From Verrucomicrobiota bacterium (GTDB lineage Bacteria; Chlamydiota; Chlamydiia; Chlamydiales; SM23-39), in NCBI GenBank assembly GCA_028873375.1, contig JAGWKU010000001.1:11763-75762 (forward strand): DNA of 64,000 bases, in the 5' to 3' direction. The notes beneath the pieces are model-generated. The model worked only from the letters and a program-made list of their open reading frames with translations. It did not search any database and was not told where the DNA came from. The position numbers were made by a program, and so were the translations under genes. Positions 53,419 through 61,320 of the stretch are shown piece by piece; within the stretch, counting starts at the first letter, position 1; every line of letters begins with the position of its first letter.

Positions 53419-53642
53419 TTTTTGTTTTTCAATAAATTCGCAGGAGATGTACAGTGTTTCCACTCTGCTGTTTGGGATACTCTGGATACTGTATGCCCTT
53501 CAACGATAATCAATCCGTTTAGGGTCCCGACGCCAGGCTAAAGCCCGCGTGCTTTCCCTGGGAAGCGACCCGACTTATATAGAAACGGTTGACCGAGCTT
53601 GGTTCAGACCCCTCTCGGCGGAGTTTTTTTCAGGTTTTATCC
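53419..53642 (+). promoter_or_regulatory. Long structured leader upstream of the amino-acid permease gene (candidate cis-regulatory RNA)
   Basis: This 224-nt ORF-free gap holds the direct repeat GGATACT-ct-GGATACT (53474-53489), an extended hairpin 53515-53588 (CCGTTT...GGGTC...CCAGG..AAAGC-loop-GCTTT..CCTGG...GACCC...AAACGG) and a T7 run at 53624-53630. Confidence 0.3.
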
Positions 53643-55016
53643 ATGACAAAGAAGATTCCTTTTTTCTCGTTGATCATCCTCATCATTGCGGCGATTGACA
53701 ACATCCGAAATCTCCCAGCGACAGCGCTGTTTGGCTCTTCACTGGTTTTCTTTTTTGTTCTGTCGGCGATCGTATTTTTGATTCCAATCTCGTTGATGTC
53801 AGCGGAACTTTCGGCGGCATTTCCGGAAAAGGGGGGAGTCTATCAATGGATCAACCGGGCGTTCGGTAAAAAATGGGCCATGGCGGCGATCTGGCTCCAG
53901 TGGATCAATACGATGGTATGGTATCCGACCATTCTCTCTTTTATTGCTGGAACGTTGTCTTATTTGATCGACCCGGCGCTGGCACAAAATAAGGCTTATC
54001 TTTTGTCGGTTATCCTCGTTATTTTCTGGGGATTGACATGGGTCAATTTAAAAGGAATCCACGTCTCTACGATGATCAATAACGTTTGCGCGACGATTGG
54101 TACTGTTGTTCCCATGATTTTCTTGATCGCACTAGGGGCTATGTGGTTCTTCAGTGGGAAGCCGATCCAAGTTTCTTTTACGCGCGATGCGATGATTCCT
54201 TCTTTTACTAATTTGACGAGCTGGAGTTCCTTAATTGCAATCATGGCTTCTTTTTTAGGAATGGAGCTGTCGGGCGTCCATGTGAATGACATCTACGAAC
54301 CGCAAAAGAATTTTCCAAAGGCTGTGTTCTTGGCGAGCTTGTTTATCTTCCTGACTATGCTATTTGGCTCTCTCTCGATTGCTTTTGTCGTGCCGACAAA
54401 TGAGATCAATCTGGTGTCAGGAGTGATGCAAGTATTTACGAGTTTCTTTTATGCATTTGGATTGCAGGCATTGATTCCGTTGTTGACGTTGATGATTGTG
54501 ATTGGTTCGACAGGGACGATGATCAACTGGCTCATTTCACCCGCTAAAGGGTTATTGCATGCGGCTGAATTTGGATTCCTACCTCCTTTTTTCAGTCGGA
54601 AAAACAAAGCAGGGGTAGCTTCGAATATCTTGATTGCTCAAGCGGTGGTTGTAAGTCTCGTCTGTTTGGTTTTCTTATTGGAGCCGACAATCAATGCTTT
54701 CTACTGGTTTTTGACGGCCTTGAGTACAGAGCTTTACATGATCATGTATGTCATGATCTTTTGCGCAGGGGTGCGATTGCATTACAAATATATTGATCGG
54801 CCTTCGACCTTCAAGATCCCAGGCAATGGATGGGGCATGTGGGCTACGGCTCTTCTGGGGTTGGTCGGATGCCTTCTGACCATTATCATCAGCTTTTTGC
54901 CGCCCGATACGATCATTACGACTCCAGGTCGTTATCTATCGATGATTTGCATCGGCAATTTAGTTTCGATTAGCCCGCTCTTTCTCTTCTATTGGTATCA
55001 ACGAAAAACTTCATAA
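53643..55016 (+). CDS. APC-superfamily amino-acid permease (glutamate/GABA-antiporter-like)
   Basis: It has about twelve TM helices. The N-terminal block is AIDNIRNLPATALFGSSLVFFFVLSAIVFLIPISLMSAELSAAFPEKGGVYQW. ATG 53643 is used instead of the ORF-track TTG. Confidence 0.75.
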   Translation: MTKKIPFFSLIILIIAAIDNIRNLPATALFGSSLVFFFVLSAIVFLIPISLMSAELSAAFPEKGGVYQWINRAFGKKWAMAAIWLQWINTMVWYPTILSFIAGTLSYLIDPALAQNKAYLLSVILVIFWGLTWVNLKGIHVSTMINNVCATIGTVVPMIFLIALGAMWFFSGKPIQVSFTRDAMIPSFTNLTSWSSLIAIMASFLGMELSGVHVNDIYEPQKNFPKAVFLASLFIFLTMLFGSLSIAFVVPTNEINLVSGVMQVFTSFFYAFGLQALIPLLTLMIVIGSTGTMINWLISPAKGLLHAAEFGFLPPFFSRKNKAGVASNILIAQAVVVSLVCLVFLLEPTINAFYWFLTALSTELYMIMYVMIFCAGVRLHYKYIDRPSTFKIPGNGWGMWATALLGLVGCLLTIIISFLPPDTIITTPGRYLSMICIGNLVSISPLFLFYWYQRKTS

Positions 55017-56209
55017 CTCAGCTCTTCTACCGTTTTTCCTTTCGTTTCGGGAATCCTGGTGGCAACGATCCAAAGAGCTATAAGGCCAAACAGCGAATAG
55101 ATGAAAAAAACGCCTGCAGAGGTCAATTTTGCACTCAGGGGAAGAAAAGTAAGGGCGACTAAATAGTTGGCGATCCAGCCGATAAAACCTGTAAAGGCCA
55201 TGGCTTGTCCTCGGATGGGAGAAGGGGTGATTTCTCCCATGAAGAGTGAAGGAATGGGGCCAATACCAATTGCATAAGCAGCGATGAACGCGAGAAGACT
55301 GATGCTCGAGAGGAGAGGAGAATGAGAGAGGACGGCGAGGATTAGCCCAAGAAGGCCGAGCACCATTCCGCTGAGGCTCGTGAGTAAAAGAGGGCGGCGG
55401 CCTACTTTATCGATCAGCCAGAAAGCCAGGAGGATGGCCAGAAGATTCACGGTGCCGGTGATGAAGGTAACTAACATAGCGGAAGAGAGAGAGGAGAAGC
55501 CGGCCTCCTGGAAGATTTCAGGGGCAAAGTAATAGGCTACGCTAATGCCAGTGAATTGCTGAAAAACTGCGAGGGAGATTCCTAGCCAAAGGCGTGGGCG
55601 AAATCCAGGACTAAACACTTGCTTCCAAGAATTTTTTGCCAAGAGTCTTTGGGGAGGAAGTTTTTCATCGAGAAAGAAGAGAGCAATCAGATGGCCAAGA
55701 GCAATAAAAGTACCCATTCCAAACATGAAAGACCAGTTTCCTGTGCTGGAAAACCAATACCCCGCAAAATAAGATGATAAGCTCCCAAGCGCGATAGCGA
55801 TTTGGTAGGAGCTGACGATATAGCCGCGCTGCGGGGCAGGAGCGATTTCGATCAAATAAAGGGGAACAAGTAATGGCATGATACCGGCTCCTGCTCCGGT
55901 GATGAGTCGTCCCAAAAGGAGACTTTCATAGTTCCAGGCACAGGCTGCGAGGAGCGAGCCGACGAGAAAAAAAATCCCCCCTATTTGCATCGTAGCTTTT
56001 CCACCCCATCGGCTTCTCCAGGAGCTAGCGAAAGCAGATGTAATCAAAGCTCCAAGCAATGCAATGCTGGCTGCTATCCCTTGTTGCAGGGGTGAGAGCG
56101 AAAAGGTGGCTCCCACGAAGGCTAAAGCTCCCGCAATAATGGAAGTAGCATAACCAAATTGAAATCCACCAAAAGAGCAAATTAAAACATCTTTATAAAA
56201 TCTTGTCAT
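54998..56209 (-). CDS. MFS sugar-porter-family transporter
   Basis: Family blocks are GGFQFGYATSIIAGA, the loop motif DKVGRRPLLL and the C-terminal PETKGKTVEEL. It overlaps the convergent permease gene by 19 nt. Confidence 0.8.
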   Translation of the reverse strand: MTRFYKDVLICSFGGFQFGYATSIIAGALAFVGATFSLSPLQQGIAASIALLGALITSAFASSWRSRWGGKATMQIGGIFFLVGSLLAACAWNYESLLLGRLITGAGAGIMPLLVPLYLIEIAPAPQRGYIVSSYQIAIALGSLSSYFAGYWFSSTGNWSFMFGMGTFIALGHLIALFFLDEKLPPQRLLAKNSWKQVFSPGFRPRLWLGISLAVFQQFTGISVAYYFAPEIFQEAGFSSLSSAMLVTFITGTVNLLAILLAFWLIDKVGRRPLLLTSLSGMVLGLLGLILAVLSHSPLLSSISLLAFIAAYAIGIGPIPSLFMGEITPSPIRGQAMAFTGFIGWIANYLVALTFLPLSAKLTSAGVFFIYSLFGLIALWIVATRIPETKGKTVEELSYEVFR

Positions 56210-56244
56210 AGTAAGTTAATTATAGCTGCTGTGAAGTATTAAAA

Positions 56245-57261
56245 CTATTGTTGTTTGGAATGAGAAAAGTAGCGAAAAGGCCAGAGAATAAGGGCTTTAA
56301 GAGAAGCACAACGACTAGGCTGAGGAGGCGGGGGGTCTTCTTTTTCAAATTGCCATTGAATAAGTGGAGGAGGATCGATGAAAAAATCAGGTTTTGTGGT
56401 TCTTTTTTTTCCGTTCAGAGGAACGAAAAGACAGGAATACATAATGTCTGTTACGCGGCGAGTAACCAGCACCTCTTTGACAGAGGTAGTAGAAAGGGCT
56501 CGCTCCCATTTCCAGCGTTCTAAGGTACCTGGCGCTTCAAAGAAAGTGCTTTGAAACATTTCTGTCATGCGGTTTGAAAAGGCATAGGTGCAAATAGTCT
56601 GCCGGTTTTCTAAGATATCCTGAGTTTTCTCTCTCTCGCAGAAGAAAAGGCGTCCTTTTGGGGCCACCAAGTCTTTGAGTTTTTCGACATAAGAGGTTTG
56701 GATCTCAGCACAAAACTCTCGGAGAGCTCGATCTTGATCACGATAAGGAAAAGAAGAGAATACTTTTTGTAAGAGCTTTAAAAAGGCGCTCGATACTTCA
56801 ACCGAAATGACATAGTCATATACGCCTAAATTTGTTTTTCGGTGGCACAGGCGTAAGAATTCGGTCCAAGGAGAAGGCCGGAGCTGAGAGAGGAGGCGGG
56901 GAAATTGCTGGTACAATTTGTTTTCAGAGAGCCGTTTTACTTTCTCGATCAAAGGACCGAGGATACCGGTGAAATCATCTCCTTTCAGATAGATTTTATC
57001 GATGAGAGAAAGATCCATTTTTGGAGGACAGGGGTTGACAAAGACAACTTCGTCAAATTGTTCAGCCAGCTTTGCGAGAGGTAAATTTCGATCGAAAATG
57101 CTGAGAATAATAACACGCCCGCGAAGCCCTTCTGCGCCTTTTAAAATCGCGTCAGCTACCTTCTTTTGATGAAGAGAGGATGTTTCTGGGTAGGCTGCAA
57201 TCGATTGGCGATCCTCGTCGATGACTTGCTGATAGACTTGTTCAAGAGAAGGGACAGGCAT
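56245..57261 (-). CDS. Hypothetical protein (338 aa) with Pro-rich C-terminal tail
   Basis: ATG start and no overlapping gene. It shows a weak Rossmann/methyltransferase-like strand pattern (RVIILSIFD, DEVVFVNP, DYVISVEV, KGRLFF) without a Gly-rich loop. The C-terminus contains IDPPPLIQWQFEKEDPPPPQPS. Confidence 0.45.
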   Translation of the reverse strand: MPVPSLEQVYQQVIDEDRQSIAAYPETSSLHQKKVADAILKGAEGLRGRVIILSIFDRNLPLAKLAEQFDEVVFVNPCPPKMDLSLIDKIYLKGDDFTGILGPLIEKVKRLSENKLYQQFPRLLSQLRPSPWTEFLRLCHRKTNLGVYDYVISVEVSSAFLKLLQKVFSSFPYRDQDRALREFCAEIQTSYVEKLKDLVAPKGRLFFCEREKTQDILENRQTICTYAFSNRMTEMFQSTFFEAPGTLERWKWERALSTTSVKEVLVTRRVTDIMYSCLFVPLNGKKRTTKPDFFIDPPPLIQWQFEKEDPPPPQPSRCASLKALILWPFRYFSHSKQQ

Positions 57262-57319
57262 AACAATTCTTTTTTTTGGAAAGACTTTAAATATTCGATC
57301 AATTTTTCTGAAAGAAAAA

Positions 57320-58138
57320 TCACATCGCGTGATAACTGAAGAAGGTCATATGGATAAAATTAAGAAGAAAGTGACAGAGAATAGCACTTTCGATTTTCCC
57401 TGAGAGAAGATAGACGCCACCGTAAAGCAAACCGGCGATGAAGGTAAAGCCGAGGATCGCTAGGCTGGGACTCCAATAGAGGTGCGCAAACGCGAAAAAG
57501 AGGGAGGAGAGAAGAAGCGAAAAAAGCTTTCCTCTTTTCCATGGTTGGAAAAAATGGCCCAATTCTCGTTGGATGAATCCTCGATAAAAAGCTTCTTCAG
57601 GCATGGCGGTGAAGATCAGGTTCGTTAGATAGCGGAGAGCTGGGGAAGAGGGCCATTTCAATGCCCAATGCACTGTTCCGCTTGCAATTGCGATGAGAGC
57701 CATGGCGCTAATTCCTAGCGCAGTGAGCCAAACTCCTTTGGTCAGTGCTTGTTTCCAATCTGTTGTGCTGCAGGCTAAAGGGACGAGAAGCGCGAGGGGG
57801 AAGAAGCCCACCAAAGGAGCATCAAAGCCCATGGCCAGCTCCCCCACAATTGTCACAGGTGAAAATCCAGGTATCCAATGGAATTTAAACGCATAGCTTA
57901 GAGAGACCAGCGCGGTAAATAGAATGAGCCGGATGGGAAATGTTTTTTGTTGTGTATACGAAATCCAAAGCAACGCCCATCCTGCTAAAATCAAAAGACT
58001 GGAACTGGTGAGATTCCCATCGAACAATCCGAGGAGGAGGCTGATGGAGAGAAGCGTTCCCCAGAGTTTCGGATGTCGGTAGATCCAAAGACTGAGAAAA
58101 GCGGAGGCGAGAAATAGAAACGGAAGGAAGTGAATCAT
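57320..58138 (-). CDS. CPBP-family (CAAX/Abi) intramembrane metalloprotease
   Basis: The motifs are EEAFYRGFIQRE, FAFAHL and the C-terminal HFLLNF in a polytopic membrane protein. ATG 58138 overlaps the lplA stop (ATGA). Confidence 0.8.
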   Translation of the reverse strand: MIHFLPFLFLASAFLSLWIYRHPKLWGTLLSISLLLGLFDGNLTSSSLLILAGWALLWISYTQQKTFPIRLILFTALVSLSYAFKFHWIPGFSPVTIVGELAMGFDAPLVGFFPLALLVPLACSTTDWKQALTKGVWLTALGISAMALIAIASGTVHWALKWPSSPALRYLTNLIFTAMPEEAFYRGFIQRELGHFFQPWKRGKLFSLLLSSLFFAFAHLYWSPSLAILGFTFIAGLLYGGVYLLSGKIESAILCHFLLNFIHMTFFSYHAM

Positions 58139-58836
58139 AACTCTATCCACTGAGCAGCTTTTCGGTGAGGTCCCCAAGTGATTTGATCAGGGGTTAAGGG
58201 TTGAAGTTTGAACTGTTTGCCGAGGTGATGATGGAGTTGGGTGAGGAGCTTGTCTTTGGAGGGAGCAAATTCTTTAAGACGACAAAGGAAGGTATGATGG
58301 GGTCGATCACGGCGGTAGCGCGGCCGCTTCGGAGGGAGGAGTAAATAATTCATGTTTTCGTCGCGATAGTCCCAAAGAAACGAGGTGTGGTGGAGCCATC
58401 GATCTTTCGTGATGTATTGAGCATTCCCTCCACATTTGAGATCGCCGATTACATAATCATTTTCGAGGAGTTGAAAATCGGGAATTTTCCAACTCTCGGC
58501 AAAGAGGTCGGCGCCCCAGCGAAGAATTGGCTCGGGGAAGGGATGGATGGGTAGAAAATCTTTTTGACAGATGAATGTGACAAAGAAGGTTTGTTCATCG
58601 ACGACAACAGTTCCTCCGCCGCTAAAGCGCTTGATGACGGGAATTTGGTCTCTCTTGATCGAAGCGATATTGAGATGCGTTTCTGGATTGCCTGAAATGC
58701 CCATGACGATTGCGCGGGGGGTGCCTCGGCTAATGAGACAAACATTGAGATGAGAGGCGCGGAGGAGTCCTTCTTCGATTTGGAGTTGTTCGAAGATGGG
58801 CATGGAGCCGAGGTCGAGAAAATGGAGCGTTTTCAT
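58135..58836 (-). CDS. lplA: Lipoate-protein ligase A-family protein
   Basis: The BPL/LplA/LipB catalytic-domain blocks are RFSGGGTVVVDEQTFFVTFI and the lysine motif GDLKCGGNAQYITKDRWLHHTSFLWD. Confidence 0.8.
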   Translation of the reverse strand: MKTLHFLDLGSMPIFEQLQIEEGLLRASHLNVCLISRGTPRAIVMGISGNPETHLNIASIKRDQIPVIKRFSGGGTVVVDEQTFFVTFICQKDFLPIHPFPEPILRWGADLFAESWKIPDFQLLENDYVIGDLKCGGNAQYITKDRWLHHTSFLWDYRDENMNYLLLPPKRPRYRRDRPHHTFLCRLKEFAPSKDKLLTQLHHHLGKQFKLQPLTPDQITWGPHRKAAQWIEL

Positions 58837-59258
58837 GCGTCCTCTTTGGGAGGTTTATTGAGTCGAGAAGAGAGGTTGCTCGTCTTTCTTTGAGTTTCTG
58901 TCGCTTTGCGCCCGTTTTCAATCCGGATTTTAAGTTCTTCATCGTCGAGTTCTTCGGAGAGAAAGGAGGTGACTCCTGCTTTGAATGCAGTTTGCCGGTA
59001 TTCCTTTTTCAAACGGTTTGTGATGAGAAGAATAGGGACTGGAGTGAGCGCTCGGAGCTCCCGAGAAAGATCGAGAGGATCGCATTCTTCGATGGCTCCG
59101 TCGAGGATGATGAAATCGAAAGGAGTATCATGAATCAAACCCAAGGCTTTTTCTTTACTGTCTGTTTCAATGACAAAAAATTGAGCGTTGAGGTGTTTTT
59201 TGAGCCAAATGGAAACGGTTGGATTTTCAGAAATGACTAAAAGGGACTGCTTGTCCAT
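58833..59258 (-). CDS. Stand-alone receiver-domain protein (CheY-like, atypical acidic pocket)
   Basis: A 141-aa receiver fold contains FDFIILDGAI (putative phospho-Asp) and ILLITN...KAG. The usual N-terminal DD/ED pair is replaced by SEN. There is no output domain. Confidence 0.65.
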   Translation of the reverse strand: MDKQSLLVISENPTVSIWLKKHLNAQFFVIETDSKEKALGLIHDTPFDFIILDGAIEECDPLDLSRELRALTPVPILLITNRLKKEYRQTAFKAGVTSFLSEELDDEELKIRIENGRKATETQRKTSNLSSRLNKPPKEDA

Positions 59259-59269
59259 GGTTCTCTAAC

Positions 59270-61096
59270 CTAACGGTTTCGCTTTTCCAGCGCAACCATC
59301 AAGATGGAGATGTCAGAGGGAGAAAGACCTGAAATGCGAGAAGCAGATCCAAGATTTTCGGGTGTGAAGCGGCCTAGTTTTTGTTTTGCTTCTGCTCGTA
59401 GCCCGACGATGGAGGAGTAATCGAATTCTTTGGGAATGCGGATCACATCGAGATGCTCTAATTTGGCTACTTCTTTGTGTTGTCGTTGGATATAGCCGGC
59501 ATACTTGAGTTCGAGTTCGATTTGGGTGTTGAGATCGGAGCCAAAGTCGGCGATGAGAGCTGGATAAGCGGCTCGTGCTTTTTCGTAATCCCAGTCGGGG
59601 CGAGAGATCAATTGAGCCATGCTGATCCCCTTTCCTTCGATCGTTTTGTAGACGGTGGCAAGGCGAACGATTTCTGTCTCAATGGTCTTTTGCTTTTCGA
59701 TCACTCGGTCGTATTGAGCGCGGGTGATGAGGCCGAGTTCATAGGCCATGGGGCGAAGGCGCAAATCAGCGTTGTCTTGTCGCAGCAAGAGGCGATGTTC
59801 GGCGCGGCTGGTGAACATTCGGTAGGGTTCAGTCAGGTCGAAGCGGATCAGGTCGTCGATCATGACGCCGATGTAGCTATCACTGCGGCGCATGATGAAA
59901 GGAGATTTTCCAAGGGCTTTACAGGCGGCGTTGATGCCTGCGATCATCCCCTGCCCGGCTGCTTCTTCATAGCCGGTGGTCCCATTGACTTGTCCAGAGA
60001 GGAAAAGTCCTTCGACGAGTTTGGTTTCCAGGGTGGGAGATATTTGATCGCTCTTCACGTAGTCGTATTCAATCGCATAGGCAGAGCGGAGAATCTCGGC
60101 ATTTTCGAGACCTGTTACGCTGTGAATGAGATCGAGTTGGACGTCGAAAGGAAGGGATGTCGAGATTCCGTTGACATAGACCTCTTCGGTCATCAGGCCT
60201 TCAGGTTCGAGGAAGATTTGGTGGCGATCTTTGTCGGCAAAGCGGACTACTTTGTCTTCGATGGAGGGGCAATAGCGGGGACCGACTCCTTGAATTACGC
60301 CTGCATAGAGCGGCGAACGGTGGAGGTTGGCTTCGATGATCTGCTTGGTTTCAGGGGTGGTATAGGTGATGTGGCAGGCGATTTGCTGCATGCGAGGTTC
60401 TGGTTCATCGTAGGAAAAGCTGACCCACTCATCACTCAATTGCTCTTCGCATTTAGAGAAATCGATGCTGCGTCGGTGGATACGGGGTGGGGTCCCGGTC
60501 TTAAGGCGCCCGAGCCGAAAGCCGAGACTCTCGAGGCAAGGTGATAACCCGGTCGCTGCTTTATCTCCTGCGCGGCCCCCAGAGAAATTGGTCATCCCTA
60601 TGTGGATGAGTCCCTTCATAAAGGTGCCTGAGGAGAGGACTACGGTTTTAGCGCGGTAGGCAATCCCTTCCTGGGTCCCTACCCCCATGATCTGCCCCCC
60701 TTCCACAAGGAGGGACTCGGTGGTGCCTTGCTTGATGTGGAGGTAGGGGGTTTTTTCAAGCCGGAGCTTCATTTCCAGGGCATAGGCTGCCTTATCTGCC
60801 TGAGAACGAGGGGATCTCACCGCAGGCCCTTTGGAGGCATTGAGCATCCGGAACTGGATGCTCCGGCGGTCAGCCACCTTTCCCATGAGTCCGCCGAGGG
60901 CATCGATCTCACGGACCATATGCCCCTTGGCGGTGCCTCCGATCGACGGGTTGCAGCTCATCTTCCCGATGGTATCGAGATTCATAGTGAGCAAGAGGGT
61001 CTTACACCCCATCCGCGCAGCAGCGTGAGCTGCCTCGCAGCCGGCATGGCCAGCCCCTATCACTATGACATCAAAGATTTCCGGATAATTCCACAT
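59270..61096 (-). CDS. mnmG: tRNA uridine-5-carboxymethylaminomethyl modification enzyme MnmG (GidA)
   Basis: The N-terminus is FDVIVIGAGHAGCEAA...MSCNPSIGGTAKGHMVREIDALGG. The length is typical at 608 aa. Confidence 0.97.
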   Translation of the reverse strand: MWNYPEIFDVIVIGAGHAGCEAAHAAARMGCKTLLLTMNLDTIGKMSCNPSIGGTAKGHMVREIDALGGLMGKVADRRSIQFRMLNASKGPAVRSPRSQADKAAYALEMKLRLEKTPYLHIKQGTTESLLVEGGQIMGVGTQEGIAYRAKTVVLSSGTFMKGLIHIGMTNFSGGRAGDKAATGLSPCLESLGFRLGRLKTGTPPRIHRRSIDFSKCEEQLSDEWVSFSYDEPEPRMQQIACHITYTTPETKQIIEANLHRSPLYAGVIQGVGPRYCPSIEDKVVRFADKDRHQIFLEPEGLMTEEVYVNGISTSLPFDVQLDLIHSVTGLENAEILRSAYAIEYDYVKSDQISPTLETKLVEGLFLSGQVNGTTGYEEAAGQGMIAGINAACKALGKSPFIMRRSDSYIGVMIDDLIRFDLTEPYRMFTSRAEHRLLLRQDNADLRLRPMAYELGLITRAQYDRVIEKQKTIETEIVRLATVYKTIEGKGISMAQLISRPDWDYEKARAAYPALIADFGSDLNTQIELELKYAGYIQRQHKEVAKLEHLDVIRIPKEFDYSSIVGLRAEAKQKLGRFTPENLGSASRISGLSPSDISILMVALEKRNR

Positions 61097-61103
61097 GATG
61101 AGT

Positions 61104-61129
61104 AAAAGGCCCCCTTCAATCAGAGGGCC
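61104..61129 (-). terminator. Intrinsic terminator after the small basic protein gene
   Basis: On the minus strand it reads GGCCCTCT-gattga-AGGGGGCC (8-bp stem including one G.U) followed by TTTT. It lies between the small-gene stop (61136) and the mnmG ATG (61096). Confidence 0.55.
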
Positions 61130-61135
61130 CGCGAT

Positions 61136-61225
61136 CTATTTTTTCTTATGACGATCGCGGCGTCGGCGTTTTTTACGCTTGTGCCGGGCGATCTTCGCTC
61201 TGCGTTTTTTCTTTACAGATGACAT
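61136..61225 (-). CDS. 29-aa highly basic peptide, bS22/AURKAIP1-like small ribosomal-type protein
   Basis: The peptide is MSSVKKKRRAKIARHKRKKRRRRDRHKKK, with a GGAAGGAAG Shine-Dalgarno sequence upstream of ATG 61225. The ORF-track 62-aa version starts far upstream and is unlikely. Confidence 0.55.
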   Translation of the reverse strand: MSSVKKKRRAKIARHKRKKRRRRDRHKKK

Positions 61226-61250
61226 AAACTTCCTTCCAAAGTTCTGGGCT

Positions 61251-61279
61251 AGTATAAGAGGCCCCCTACAAAAAGTAAA
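61251..61279 (-). promoter_or_regulatory. Candidate promoter for the small basic protein gene
   Basis: On the minus strand TTTACT, a 17-nt spacer and TATACT are present. The -10 element ends about 25 nt upstream of ATG 61225. Confidence 0.35.
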
Positions 61280-61320
61280 GGACTCCTTGCAGGCACCCTT
61301 ATCATATAGGATTAAAAATT

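Noticed and set aside
59477-60544. A 355-aa plus-strand ORF.
   Set aside because: It lies entirely antisense to the well-supported mnmG gene and is a shadow ORF with no recognisable motifs. The same reasoning applies to 60728-61105 and 60465-60659.
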